Below are positions 30,101 through 48,237 of a DNA stretch of 64,000 nucleotides, one piece after another. The number at the start of each line of letters is the position of its first letter. Within the stretch, counting starts at the first letter, position 1. The position numbers and the translations under genes are program-made. The DNA comes from the human T2T-CHM13v2.0 reference genome, Homo sapiens: assembly GCF_009914755.1 (NCBI RefSeq), contig NC_060930.1. The stretch is one strand, 5' to 3'. The notes under the pieces are model-generated. The model was not told the origin of the DNA and did no database searches. It was given only the letters and a program-made list of their open reading frames with translations.

Positions 30101-31300
30101 CAGTAAGATGATTTCCAGCATGACCACTACCCTAAGGCTCTTTTTTTTTAATTCTGCCTCACTCTATCGCCCAGGCTATAGTGCCGTGGCGCAGTCATAG
30201 CTCACTGCAGCCTCAAATTCCCAGGCTCAAGCAATCCTCCCTCCTCAGCCTCCCTAAGTGCTGGGATTACAGGTGTGAGCCCCCTCAGGCTCTTTATTCC
30301 TTCCTGTCCATCTGTTAGAGCCACGTGGGCATTGTCACTTCGCTCTGTGTTGGCTGTCACACTTCCAGGCTTCCAACAGCACATAGCAGGAGTTTTCCCC
30401 ATCCTCTGGAGTCCTTGCCAGGGTGTTAAATCCTGTGTCCCCCAAATACACCCCCAAATTGATGGATTCTTGCTTATCCAATCTATATTCTGGCCTCCTT
30501 GATCAAGCCCCCTCAAAATGCAATCTCAGAGGTGCTCTCCTGGCTCCTGCAGGCACATGCTGACCAACCCTTCAGATCCTTTAGAGGACAATTGCTGTCC
30601 TCCCTGGGCAGGTGCGGGTGTGTGCTGGGATTGAAGACTGTCTGCAGCTTGGCAGCCAGGAGAGGAGGTGACTGCAGCTCCTGAAGAGGCACTTGTGGCT
30701 GGGCAGAGGCCTCTGCAGTCTCTCCCAGCACAGGGCACCTCTCACTAGGGAAGGGTGGGCCAACTCTGCAAGCTCCAAGCGCTCTGGGGGTCTGCAGAGC
30801 CCACGTCCTTGGAGGCATCCATGTATACGCTCCCATCCCATGCTTGTAGGCTGTGTTTTCCCAGCCAGATGAATGACCTCAGCACAACAGAGCTGCCTTG
30901 ACTGAGTATTTAAACATCCCCAAAGTCCTGTGACTATCAGATCCTCAACCCACTGGTCAGCTATGTCAGCTCTTCCACTACAGGAGACAAAAGCCTCCTC
31001 GGAAGCTACAGAGAGGCCCCATGGCTCTCACACCCAGCCTCAAAACTGCTCAGTTGCTCTATTATCCCTCCCAGGGGCTCAATACAGCTCAGCAGTCACA
31101 GCAACTCCACTCTCCCTGCAGCCGCTGAGCCCCCCACGTCTTTCAGATATCTCCATAGCCTGATCATGGCCTAAACTGTATTCTGCCTGGCAGTAGGAAG
31201 AAAGGGCTTCATAAGGGCACAGGATAGCATTGGCTGGATGGCTATTCCTAGGAGTGTTCTGGATCCAGAGCAAGCTGTAAGAGCAGCCGTGATGTCTGAG
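27162..31300 (-). mobile_element. Decayed class III (ERVL) provirus internal region: gag, protease, RT, RNase H, truncated integrase
   Basis: gag (LDQGGQNI ~30500), protease GLVDTGS (DTG 29474-29482), RT 'MDYCRLN' and CTDD at the YxDD position (~28680), KDKLLYLAP..LVGLFGFWRQHIPHLG, RNase H 'EKWLKARLYMDPW', integrase 'GGNDGG..YAQH..LTKA'; many stops and frameshifts. Confidence 0.88.
30140..30284 (-). mobile_element. Alu monomer inserted in ERVL gag
   Basis: Single arm, TSD aggctcttt. Confidence 0.8.
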
Positions 31301-32794
31301 AAGAAGAGAGTTTTGGGCAAGCCATTTACCCCTGCCCGCCTTCGTGTTCTCATCTTAAACCCCACTTTCTGATTGGCTGCAAGGATGAAATGGTAATATA
31401 TGGAAGTCACCAGCACAGTGACTGTGATGGGGGAGCACTCAAACAGCAGCAGGGAGGGAGTTGGCTCTGGGGTCCTCCCTCCCCATCCTCCCTAATGCAA
31501 ACAAGCCTCGGCCTCACTGCTCATTACCATTATCACACGTTTGCTAAGAAACCCTCTTCCGGATTTTCCATCATCCTCACTCTTCTTGTCAGGATCCAGA
31601 AAGCTGTAAATAGGGCTTCAGTGACATCTATAGGAGTCTCATTCTTTTAAAAATTCAAAGCATGTAATGGCTAATGGTAGCATTTATAAAATCTGAGTAG
31701 TAGACGCATAGGTATATGTTATGACATTTTCTGCACTTTTATATGTTTAAAAACTTTTTTAAAGAAAGTTTGGGGGGCAAAAAGAATTTACATAATCCAG
31801 AGGGAATTTCACAGGAGAACTCACGGTGGGGACAAAGCCACGGGCAGGTGAGAGCAGAACGACCAGGAGGTTTGGTGAGAAAGTGGACGGGGGGGCATCG
31901 GGGGTGTTGCCCGCGACTGGTGAGGGTGGCCACGTGGATGGCTGTGGCATTCGTGGATTTAGAGAACACAGAGAGCAGTGGGTACATGGGAGCAGCGCGA
32001 TGCCAGGGGGACATCCAGTAGAGCCGTTGGGGGCAGCGGGCCCCTGAGGTGTGTTCCCAGGGAGAGGCAGCCACCTGTCAATGATGGTTCAAGCACAGAG
32101 TAAAATGGCCAATGGGAGAGGGCGAGACAAGAAGAGCCGCGCCGGCACTCACAGCCAGGCAGAGCTGGAGAAAGCGCTGGAAAAGGGAGAATTGGAAGCA
32201 TCGCTACATCAAAACAGCCGAATTTTGAAAAAGCAAACAGAGGAAAACGTTCACAACAGATAAAACAGACAAAAGACTGCTGTTCTGAATAGGTATAGTG
32301 TTCTTACCGTGAATAAATTAAAAACACCAAGATTCTGATCACCAAGTAGGTAAAATACTTGAATAGATGATTCACCAAAGAGGAATTAAACGTGTTAACA
32401 ATCCTACGGGGAAAAAAAGTTAAACAAATGGACTTGAAGCTTTTCACCTGTCATGTTGCTGGTGTGGTGCTGATGACAGTGGTTTGGGGGATTGTTTTAA
32501 TGGTCTTGCTGGTGAAGAAGTGATGACTTGCATTGCTGGTGATGGTGATGGTATACAATTGCACGGCTTTCAAGAAAGCAGCTTGGGAACAGGCATCAGA
32601 GGCCTTAAAATATCACATAATTTGCTTGCATCTAACTGGGTCAATTTATGCCAAAGGTATTTTTATTTATAATAGCAAAAAAAAAGAGACATAATGTGCA
32701 ATAAGTTTAGTCTCTCCACTGGGGAAAATGTAGTTCCCACAGATCATCCTTACAGAGTTTATAATAAGACGAGGAAATGCTCATGTTATTATAA

Positions 32795-33077
32795 AGAGAC
32801 AGAGTTTCACTCTTTTGCCCAGGCTGGAGTGAAGTGGCACGATCTAGGCTCACTGCAACCTCCGCCCCCCACCAGGTTCAAGTGATTCTCCTGCCTCAGC
32901 CTCCCAAGTACCTGGGATTATAGGCCCCCACCACCATGCCTGTCTAATTTTTGTATTTTTAGTAGAGAGGGGTTTTGCCATGTTGCCCAGGCTGGTCTCG
33001 AACTCCTGACCTCAAGTGATCCACCCGCCTCGGCCTCCCAAAGTGCTGGATTACAGGGGTGAGCCACCACGCCCGGC
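32795..33077 (-). mobile_element. AluS amid old L1 fragments (~32190-33400)
   Basis: Reverse Alu dimer lacking a long tail. Confidence 0.88.
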
Positions 33078-33434
33078 CATAATATTATTTTTAAAAACAG
33101 AATTTTTTTGGTCAGTGCTAAAGGAGAAAATTAACTGGTTTATCCCATATGCAAAGATGAAAGAGAAAAATGTAATGATCTCAATAGATGTAGATAAAGC
33201 ATTCAGGGAATTCAAAGATTATTCACACACAAAAAAATACAACAATAACAGACTGTGAAGAAAAAAGAACCCATTCATAATAACAATAGTGGTAGAAATC
33301 TACATGGTACTCAGAAATAATTTTAATAAAATATGCACCCATACATTTGTAAAGAAAATTACAAATCATTATTAAAAGAAATAAAACATTAATGCAAACA
33401 TGGCAGGGTGTTAAAATTCAAGTCAGGCAGCCAC

Positions 33435-33685
33435 CTTGGGAGGCGAAGGCAGGAGGATCACTTGAGCTCAGGAGTTTGAGACAGGCCTGGGCAACATGGC
33501 CAAAAATACAAAAAAATTAGCCAGGTGTGGCGGTGCGCACCTGTGGTCCCAGCTACTCAGAAGGCTGAGCAGGAGAATCACTTGAACCTGGAAAACAGAG
33601 GCTGCAGTGAGCCAAGATCATGCCACAGCACTCCAGCCTGGGCAACAAAGTAAGACTCCATCTCAAAAACAAAAAAAAAAAAAAA
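33435..33685 (+). mobile_element. 5'-truncated AluJ
   Basis: Alu body with internal deletion, A-tail. Confidence 0.85.
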
Positions 33686-34012
33686 TCAGGCATTTGTTAC
33701 AATAGTCATATATACACATAATTTTATGTATGTTCAAAATAGTTTATTATGAATTTTAAATGAAAACATATTTAATTTGCCTTAGCTGTTACATCTTCCA
33801 TCACAAAGAGCTGTAACTGCCAGGGTGCAAGTGCACGTGTTTTTTCCTGTGTTTTATCATCCTCATCCTCAGCTGTTCACTGGTTACTGGCCTGGGGCTC
33901 CGAGCTGCTAGGCTTGTGGGAACCCCATGACAGGGGAGAGAGCCAGTGGCAGTTCCACCGGGAGCGGGGTCAGATTTGTCGCCAACCCAGGTCAATGCTT
34001 GTTGTGCTACAA

Positions 34013-34030
34013 TGGCGCCACCTAATGGTT
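34013..34030 (-). promoter_or_regulatory. CTCF core motif (AACCATTAGGTGGCGCCA on - strand)
   Basis: Near-consensus CCAsyAGrkGGCrs in apparently non-repetitive intergenic DNA. Confidence 0.65.
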
Positions 34031-34835
34031 GGTGCTGGTTCTGACATGCGTCCCTGGGTCTGAAGGGACACCAGCAGCTGTGTTGGGCAGCCTGTTTCTA
34101 GCCACTCTGTGTAAAGAGAATAAAGGATTCAGGACTGGTGCGGATTACCGTTGATCAGCTCCTTTCTCAGCTGAAGCAGACCAGCGCCTTCCCCTCCAGA
34201 GAATTTCGACTGTGCTTTTCCCCTCTGCCTTCCAGAAGTTAAGGGAGTGGAGTCCTATGTTCTGGAGGGCTCCCTCCTGGCATCCTTGCCAACACTATCG
34301 CAATGTTGGAAGCTCTTTAAAAATCATGCCTCAAACCCACATTTGAAGTGAGATTTGAGGGGGAGAACTATTTCTGTAGTCGGATAGGAAAAAACCGCAT
34401 GGAATGGGAACATACTTTATCCATTTCAAAGCGAGTTGGTCAGTGATGCTATATAAATGTGTTGGGGTGGTTTTTAGAAATCACGGAATGTTAGGGCTGG
34501 ACAAGACCTTAGAGATATGTTACTAATTCCCCACAAGGCATTTGAATGTCGAAATGTCCAAGAATGTACGTGTGAAACTAAGAACAAAATTGACCCAATA
34601 ATACTATATACTAAAATTACTAAATTTTACTAAATATACTAAAATACTAAATACTAGTATTTCTAGCATTACACACACGTGTTCCCACACCATGCGATGA
34701 GGCGTACCTTTCTCCTTCCACGTCGCTTATCAGTTCTCCACATCTGCACAACAACAGACCACTAACGAAGCTGACTGCTTACTTGTATTGACAGGGAAAT
34801 CATCAACAGCCTGAGTACTTTGTGCTTCAAAATTA

Positions 34836-35177
<342 letters not shown>

Positions 35178-35289
35178 TTACTGAAAATCTGTATCTTCAT
35201 GGAGCAACAGTTGTGTCGCAGAGGCTGCAGAGCATCCCCTAGTCACTTCCTTCAATTAGTTTTATGATGTACTTGGATAACAATGTCAT

Positions 35290-35790
35290 GATAATTGCCA
35301 GCATTTTGTGCAGTAATTCTGTCAAGCACTGCACTTGGGGCTGTATTTACAGTAGCTCGTTTAGTCTTCTTGATGATCCAATATGCCAGATATTCTTTGC
35401 ACCCTTTTTACTGATGAAAAAATTGAGGTTCAGAGAAGCTAAGATGCTTTCCTAAGGACACACAGCAGGTGGTAGGAGGTAGAGCTGAGATCAGCAGCTA
35501 GGCTGCCTGAGGCCAAGGCGGGCTTAGCCACAAAGCAGCAGGTAGCAAAGAAGCTCTGTCCCATCACTGCTCACAGGTGTAATGGAGAGATCCCTGGATT
35601 GGTCCCTGTCCTTCATAGTTGGAACCCAATACTTATCAGCTGAAGGATCTCAGACAAGTCACCCTGTGAGCCTCAGTTTATCCATAAAATAGGACTTATA
35701 ATCTACCTCACAGCACCATGAATTAATATGAAAAGTACATAATACAGTACATGGAAATTTGCTTGATGAATGCCAACATGCCACACAAAT
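35290..35790. mobile_element. Two MIR fragments
   Basis: ttttactgatgaaaaaattgaggttcagaga and gagcctcagtttatccataaaatagg cores. Confidence 0.6.
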
Positions 35791-35959
35791 GTAAGTTGTC
35801 TGTATTACAATATATTTCCCTCCTAGTTTTAGTTAACCATTTTTGGAAGCTTGTTTTTTGCAATGACTATCCTTACTCAGCAAAGCTTCTGAAATGTTCC
35901 TTATTTACGATCTTATGAAATGTTTGTGTGCACACTGTGTGATCATCTAGCAAGTCAGT

Positions 35960-36410
35960 CATTCTTGGCTACTATTTAAAAGTCAAAAAATAAAAGATGC
36001 TGGCAATGTTGCAGAGAAAAGAGAACACTCATAACAATGTTGGTGGGAATGTAAATTATTCAGCCCCTGTGGAAAGCAGTTTGGAGATTTCTCAAAGAAC
36101 TAAAAATACAACTACCATTCACCCCAGCAATCCCATTCCTGGGTATGTACCCAAAGGAAAATACATTGTTCTACCAAAAAGACACCTGCACTCGCATGTT
36201 TATTGCAGCACTGTCCACAACAGCAAAGCCATGGACTCCACCTAGGTGCCCATCAGTGGAGGACTGGATAAAGAAAATGGGGCTTCCCTTTGCAGCAACA
36301 TGGATGCAGCTGCAGACCATTATCCTAAGTTAATTATCACAGAAACAGAAAACCACTTACAAGTGGGAGTGAAACCATAGGTATACATAGACGTAAAGAT
36401 GTAAACAACA
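35960..36410 (+). mobile_element. L1P 3' fragment
   Basis: ORF2 C-terminal peptide remnants ([22 protein letters not shown]). Confidence 0.85.
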
Positions 36411-36831
<421 letters not shown>

Positions 36832-37216
36832 TGTCATTCTTAACTCATTTTTACCAAATATAATGTTAAAAAAAGAAAAAGATGTGTACTGACTCTCAAT
36901 TTTATGAGCCATTTTGAATGGGTGCCATGATGTGGAGCTAGATTAAGATGGGGGAATTAATGGAAAAGATTTGGGTGTTTATTTCATATTTTTCCCATTA
37001 ACATTCAATAGTCTTTTTTGGTAAACTTCTAAGAAAAAATAATTAAGTAGATCCATTAATGAACAAAATGATGATATTGGTCCACTAAGAGGATGTGAGT
37101 GTGGAAAGTGAGGTGTGATGAAACTGACAGATGAAATATCTGGCAGATGAAATAATAGATATAATTTTTGTAACTGATATAGTGTAAAATAAAAGCAAGA
37201 CATGTATTCTTGTGTG

Positions 37217-37754
<538 letters not shown>

Positions 37755-38769
37755 TGACGAGGACGTGAAGGAGGACGGTGGAGAGAGAATGGGGTCAACC
37801 AAGGGCCCTAAGTGATTGTCCCACATCAGTCTCTTACCCTGGGCTGGTGGTGACTTAGCCCTTGACAACTTACCTGATTCTGAAGGTCGTGACGTGACCA
37901 GAGCAGGGAGACCATAGATGCAGCAGTGACAGTCAACCCTCCAGAGGGTGACAGTAGGGGCTGGGGGAGGCCGGTGGCGGCTGGGCCCGGGGCTGGCCTG
38001 TGCTGTGGACTCTTCCCAGGACCTTGGTGCAGCCAGCTGCCCCATCCCAGGCCCAAAGCTCTGCCATCTGGCTTCTTGTGATTTCTATTCCGAGGCTCAC
38101 AGCAAGACCATCCTCCCCGTTCCTCCAGATGTTCCTGTCTCTGCAGACACTGGAGCAGAGAAGGGTGAGAGCCAGTGCTCAGAGCTGCCCGGCCATTTGC
38201 CTTCAGGGGTCATGGGCTTGTGAGGAATCAGGGTGACCCTCATCCAGTTTGCCTGGGACTGAGGGGTCCCCCAGGATGCAGGACTTTCAGTACTAACATT
38301 GGGACGGTCCTGGGCAAGCTGAGGTGATGGGTCACCAAGGATCCCCAGGATTCCAAGTGGCTCCAGGCTCTTTGTCTCCCTCCATTTGGAGACCGTGTCC
38401 GTCCTGTACCCACAAAAGTGCTCAGTGGCCTCATGGCCCAGTGGCTTTGTGGCTGGGTCAGCTGCAACTTTGGATCCCTGATATTTTCTCCATGGGGCAA
38501 GAGCAATGGGTGTTTGGCAGCCACTGTCACAGCCTTTGAGGTGATAACAGCACTGTCGTGGGCCACAACCCCCAGCATGGGCTGAAAACAGCCACAAGCC
38601 TGCCTGGACTCACAGCCACACTGAGATTAGTGCCAGCAAAGTGCCCTCTGTAAGTGGGACAACCGTGCCCCCTCGACTTACTCTGCGAGGAGCTTAACGA
38701 CAGCCCTGAGGTGCCGGGGCCCGGGGTCACGGAGCTCCCGTAGCCGAGGACAGTGCTGTTATCACATCA

Positions 38770-41680
<2,911 letters not shown>

Positions 41681-42090
41681 GGGGTGGGATTTGGGGTTAA
41701 TTATACCTTGTTTTGCTGAGGTCAGTGGGAAGAGGCAGCTCAGAAGCTGAAAAGCAGCCTGGAATCCCAGTCCACCAACCCCTTGCTTTTCCCCCATCTA
41801 GCCCAGCCTCAGTTCATTCTGCCAGCAAAAGAAAGAGACCAAAGCACTACTGGCAGACCTTCACAGGTTTGTGTGTAGGTCTGAGGCCTGCGCCAGCTAA
41901 GCACATATTTTGAACATCCCCCTTTTCAACAATGAAAAATTATTTCTCATGTCGTTTCTGCTCATTAACAAGATTCTAGCATCTATTTCTGTAACAATTA
42001 TTAGGCTCCTAAGGTCCCTCCTCTGGAGAGAGAAACCCCTATTAGGGGCCTTCAAATGCTAACCAACCAATCTTTCATGCAGATTAGAGA

Positions 42091-42390
<300 letters not shown>

Positions 42391-44324
42391 CCTAGAGTTA
42401 TTTATAAATGCATTCATACTACTCTTTACACCGAATTCTTTTTAGCCTAAGTAACCATAAAGATAATACAAAACCGACCTTTGGCAAGTTGCTTCCAGCA
42501 CCTCAGTTTTCTCTTCTATGAGATGGAATTAATGGCGCACATCCCAAAGGCTGTTGTGAGCATCCCGGGGTGATTCAGAAACAGGGTAGAAGGAATGTGC
42601 ACAATGAACCCGAGCTTTGTTTTGAACCAGAAGGTGAGCTCTGTGACAGCAGGACTTTCCCCAGGTCCTAGAACAGAGGGCACATAGCAGGGGCCTCACA
42701 TATCGTGCTGGATAAATGAATGAATGAACCAGGATATTTTTGTAGAAATCCCTAAACTGACACAAAGGCCCCAGGGCCACCAGCTCCCCCTGTGCCTTCA
42801 GCAAGTGACTCAGCCTCCGGGACAGGCGTCCACTCAGGACCTCTGAGTTTCCTCCAGACTCTATCCCGCCGTGAACAGACAAAGCCACACACAAAAGTAC
42901 ACAGCCCTCACCTACAGGCCCAAAGAACAAGGCCCAGGATTGCTCAGTGTCGCTAACCTACCCCACGAGCCCTCCTTCCTTGCACACCAGCCCAGCTGCC
43001 CACAGGTGCTGCAGGCCCCAGCTGCACTCACAGACTCTGGAAGGAGGCTGACTCATCAGAATTATAATAATTCATCCGCTCTTCCTCAGCCCCTCAGCTG
43101 TGAAGGGCCAGGAGCCCAAAAGGAGGTGGGAAGAGGCCAGGCAGCGGGTGGCAGGGCAGAGTGAGACACGCAGCTCTGGGGACTCTCTCGGGGGATTCTC
43201 AACAAGGATTGTGGGCCAAGGAATACGAATGACATGGCCCAGGGCGTCCAAAGGATAGCTGCCATTCTGTATGAAGTATGAGGCTGAGCCTCTCCCAGGG
43301 TATGAACCCTGATGGCAGAGGCCATGCGGTCAGGTCTTACAGTGGAAGAAATGGGAAACCTCTTGCCACTGAGGTTCCTAAATCACTCTGGGTAAATAAG
43401 CAAAGGAAAACCTCCCCACGACCCCAGGCAGAGCTTTGACAACAAATCAAAGGTCAGCAACGCCATAAATCTACTGCCTTTGCCACAAACAGATCATGAA
43501 GAGCTATTTTGAAAACGACTGGGCCAAAAAAATTCCCTGGAGCCGAATCAACTCAAAGAACTCAAACAGAGAACAGGAAAATCTTCCTCCTTCTCTCCCA
43601 AGAGACCAGACCATGAGGCCCCCAGAGCTAAGCACCCACAGTGAGGGCTGCCTCCTTGCACTGGCGAGAGCACAGTCCCTAATGCCAGACCCAGGACAGT
43701 GTTCGTGGCCTTGGGTGCTGCAGACTGACAGGTCTTCCCCCAACAGCCACTGCAGCCTGCAGGTGGGCAGCTTCCCAGAGGAGCCTCCCAAGATCCTTCA
43801 CTCCCCGGCCCAGGAGCCAGGGCCCGCACGGGATTTTCTAGCAGCACATCCAGGTGAGCTGCTCACCTGGACTATGCACATGGGTTCAGGTCTGACAGCC
43901 CCGGGGCTAGCCAGGGACCTGGCCCACGAGGATTTTCTTTCCATGAAAAATGCACACATGCATGTATGTGTGGAAAACGGCCTGAAGGGACCCCCATTGG
44001 TATTATCAGATGTCACTGCAAGATCCCTGAATTTTACAATGGCTACATTCTGTACAATAATTTTTTATAAAGATGACTGAATTTTCTGAATAATGAATGT
44101 GTATGTTATACTTTTAAACACAGCATTGTTTGGCAAATTTTTTTTTTCATGTTACCCAAAGTTATTAAATACAGAGATTTAGAAAAATAGAAACCAAAAT
44201 GGGGAGAGGATCACCTGTAACCATAATCCCACTATCGAGATATATTCTGATGATCTTTTAGTGAATTCCCTGGGTATTTTCCTATAATAAGCATTTTTAA
44301 TAAAAAAAAGATTATATAGCACAT

Positions 44325-44649
<325 letters not shown>

Positions 44650-45934
44650 GGGACATTCTTTTTTATAACCTACTTCTTTGCTTCACTATACATGCTCAAC
44701 ACTTTCTAGCTCATGAGCATCGTTCTGCAGTATCATTTTAATGCCCTATGGTATTCCATTAAGTGGATGTCCCATGCTTCATTTAACTCATTCTTTCCTT
44801 CAGGATTTTCAATCAGCAAGTATTTCTCTCTAGGCCTCCACAGGCAAATTGTCATGAGTGCTATTCTCCAAATATGTCGACCATGTGCAGACAGTGGGAT
44901 CATGCTTTCTTGTCCCTAGGTGTTGCCATGTGACTTGTTTGGGCCAATGAACCGGAAGCAGCAATGATATCTGGGCAGAAGCTTCAGGGTCCAGTGCACA
45001 TTTCTGAACATTCTCTTTCCTGGAGGTAACTCACTGTGAGGCTGGAGACAGAAACTGCGTCCACCCAGGTCTCTGCATGTAAGCCCCAGCCAACCTACAA
45101 TGGGCATCCATCACAAACCAATAACCAACTCAATGGCTTGCCCACCGGGATTCAGCCCTGCATTGTTTCTGAGCTTGTCCTGACTGACTGGCCTCAGGGC
45201 TGATGCAGGAACAAGGTTGAGACAGAATCCCAACCCTCCAAGTGTGTGTGGCCCAGCTGGGAAGTCCAGCCTACATGTAAGGGAAGAGTTCAATAATGCA
45301 CAACAAGTAACCGTTCAAAGCAAAACTGTTGGCAGGGTGCCGCGGAGCAGAGTGGACCAGTTCTGCCCTGAAAGGACAGCTTTGAAGCAATCTGAGAATA
45401 ACGAGGGCTCCTGGCACTGGAATGGCCTGGGCAGATGCCCTGGAGGAAGGTTCAAGGGGAGGGCTCTGAAGGATGGGGAGATTTGAGGGGCATGGAGGTA
45501 ACAGATGGAGAAGAGTGGGAGAGGAAAGGGGTCGTGATGGAGCAAAACACAGAGCCCAGAGGACTGCAGGGGGGTGATTGCTGTGAAGTCGGAGCTCTGA
45601 AGAACTGAGAGCTGGAGACAGCCTCCGAGAGACAGCAAGGAGCCAGACAGGGAAATCACCCCTGTCAGGGGAGGAACCTCTACCGCTTCCTGTGCTTCCC
45701 AGGCTTCTTTCTGGGGGAAATGTTTCTGTAACTGCCTCATTCAGGAATGCCCTCTGTGAACCTAACTTTGGAGGCTTAATCTGGCTTGGCGTCATCACAC
45801 ATATGTTATATGTTATATTCAGGAGTAAGACTGACTGCAGATACAGTCAAAACCATTGTGATTTGCTAATTCTATTTGAGTAATCACTCTCAACAGCCAG
45901 CCACAGGTCCTGGCCACACTTCAGCCTCATCAGC

Positions 45935-46640
45935 TAGTGCCACTCAGCCAGTGTGTCAGTCAGCCAGTGTCAGCCAGTGTTAGTCAGCCAGTGTGTCAGT
46001 CAGCCAGTGTCAGCCAGTGTCAGTCACCCAGTGTCAGTCAGCCAGTGTGTCAGCCACTGTCAGCCAATGTCAGCCAGTGTGTCAGCCAGCCAGTGTCAGC
46101 CAGTGTTAGTCAGCCAGTGTGTCAGTCAGCCAGTGTCAGCCAGTCACCCAGTGTCAGTCAGCCAGTGTGTCAGCCACTGTCAGCCAATGTCAGCCAGTGT
46201 GTCAGCCAGCCAGTGTCAGCCAGTGTTAGTCAGCCAGTGTGTCAGTCAGCCAGTGTCAGTCAGCCAGTGTGTCAGCCACTGTCAGCCAATGTCAGCCAGT
46301 GTGTCAGCCAGCCAGTGTCAGCCAGCCCATGTGTCAGCCAGTATGTCAGTCAGCCAGTCTCAGCCAGTGTCAGTCAGGCAGTGTCAGTCAGCCAGTGTGT
46401 CACCCAGTGTCAGCCACCCAGTGTTTCAGTCAGCCAGTGTCCATCAGCCAGTGTCCGTCAGCCAATGTGAGTTGGCCAATCATTGTGTCTGTCAGCTAGT
46501 TGGTCAATCAGTGTTCATCCATTAGTCTGTCAGTGTCAGTCTATCAATCAGTGTCAGTCAGCCAGTCACTGTCAGTCAGTTGGTCAGACAGTGTCAATGA
46601 ATCAATGTCAGCCAGCCAGCCCATCACTGTCAGTCAGTCC
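45935..46640. repeat. Complex CAGT/CAGC/GT minisatellite with 120-bp higher-order duplication
   Basis: 46021-46139 identical to 46141-46259; units CAGCCAGTGT, CAGT, GT; degenerate flanks. Confidence 0.95.
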
Positions 46641-47229
46641 ATGTCAGCCAGCCAGTTAATAAGCACAGTGTTCAGCTGGCTTCTGAGCGCTGGGCCTGTT
46701 TGCCTTTCTGTTTATTTACCCAGCACCTTTCCTGTTTCTGGGCATTGGGATAGGTGTGTCATCCCTCCATGAGGACAGAGAGCTGTCCCCAGGAACTCAG
46801 GACAAATTAATTACCCAGCTGGGTCAGGCCCCAGCCCCCATTTTCAGCCCAGCCACCAGCTGCTAGGCTGAGCTGCTGTGATTCCAGGAGCTTCTTGAGC
46901 TTAGAGGGCATCTGTTCAGAAGTGAGTCAAAGGAACAAGGTCACCTTCTGACTCTGCAGAGCCTCTTCCTCCCCGACAGGGGTTTTTGGTGGTATGCCAC
47001 AGCAGGGCTCCTCTGGCCACAGTCCCAGCATTGGCGAGACTAACCTGATGATACCTCTGGCTCTGTGGCAGCGGCCCTTCCACCTTCCTCCCACAGGAGA
47101 CCGTGTTGTCTATGGATGGGCAGACACAAGCGTTTTCCTAACACAGCTGCCGCTTTCTCAAATAGGACCAGGGTAGAGGGCGGAGGAGGGCAGGGCCATC
47201 CCGAGCCTTGGTGCAGTGCCCAGGTTTGC

Positions 47230-47730
47230 ACATTGCTGTGGGCATGTGTGTTGTCTGCTTAAACAGTGTCTCCCCCCTTCTTTGAGGGCACTGCTCATCT
47301 CCCTCTCCCCAGCCACCACCAACCATGTGGGTTCAGCTATGAGGTGACAAGCCAGAGGTGGGCCTGAGATCCAGGCTGGACCAACTGTAGTACTTCCTTA
47401 TCCCACAGTGATTGGTCCAGGGGTGGGCACGTGACCCAAGCCAGGCCAATCAGAATCCTTCCCCAGGATCTTTCTGAGGCTGTCTCCTTGAGTCCTTTAG
47501 TTGGAAAGATGCGTGCTTAAGCCGGCCACGAGAATGGCTCTCATTGTGCAGGAAAAACCTTGGAAGGAGAGAATAAACAGAAGGAAACAGGTGCAGAAGG
47601 AAACAGACGAGAGTCCTGACACGGTTTTGAGGCCCTAATTCCGGTCAACTCAGCAGCTGCCTTCTACACCCGGCCTCCTGCCATTTGGTTTTGTGAATCA
47701 TACTTGTAGCCAAGAACTTTGGCTAATACA
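47230..47730 (+). mobile_element. LTR16-family (ERVL) solo LTR
   Basis: gtgattggtccaggggtgggcacgtgacccaagccaggccaatcaga hallmark; ends ggctaataca. Confidence 0.7.
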
Positions 47731-48061
47731 AACACGTATAATTCTAGAGCTACCCAGACTGACATCTCTCACTCATTTGGAAGTGGACAATCCAGAGTGT
47801 GATTTGCCCAAGCCCCTTGACTTCTCCCCTTTAGCCCCTTCCAGGGAAAGCCAAGGGAGCCCCACTTAGTCCTCAGGTGGCTGCAGCAAGCAAACCCTCA
47901 GGTAGAGGCTGGGGGACCAGCACCTGCTCCGACGCCATGGCCTTTTCTAGCTATGAAGCACATGCATCTTGGCCTCTGACTTCTTTCAGTCAATGTTTTG
48001 TTCTGAACATACTCTCGGCACTGAGAATGTTCTCTTGCTTGTGTTTTGGGTAACTCCATGG

Positions 48062-48237
48062 GGGGCTAGATTCCTGGGCATGTGACCTGTGCCATCGCAC
48101 AGGGCCCTACGCTTCGAAGGAACCCATGTTTGGTTTCATGCTCTGCCGACATCTTGAAATTGTTACACATTTTGAACAGGGAACCTTGCAGTTTGATTTT
48201 GCATAGAGTCCCACAGATTATGCCGCTGGTCCCGGCT
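48062..48237 (+). mobile_element. hAT MER53-like element
   Basis: gtgacctgtgccatcgcacagggccc...catcttgaaatt...ttttgcatagagtcccacagattatg. Confidence 0.65.

Noticed and set aside
34595-34665. (TACTAAA)-like short degenerate repeat; small local duplications at ~24275-24305 and ~40027-40091
   Set aside because: Ordinary slippage products with no evident function
46021-46260. CRISPR-like array
   Set aside because: Eukaryotic DNA; contiguous tandem units with no unique spacers and no cas genes
45937-46525. 177-aa and 190-aa Ser/Gln/Val/Cys-rich ORFs
   Set aside because: By-product of a stop-poor tandem repeat; open in several frames, non-ATG starts, no splice context
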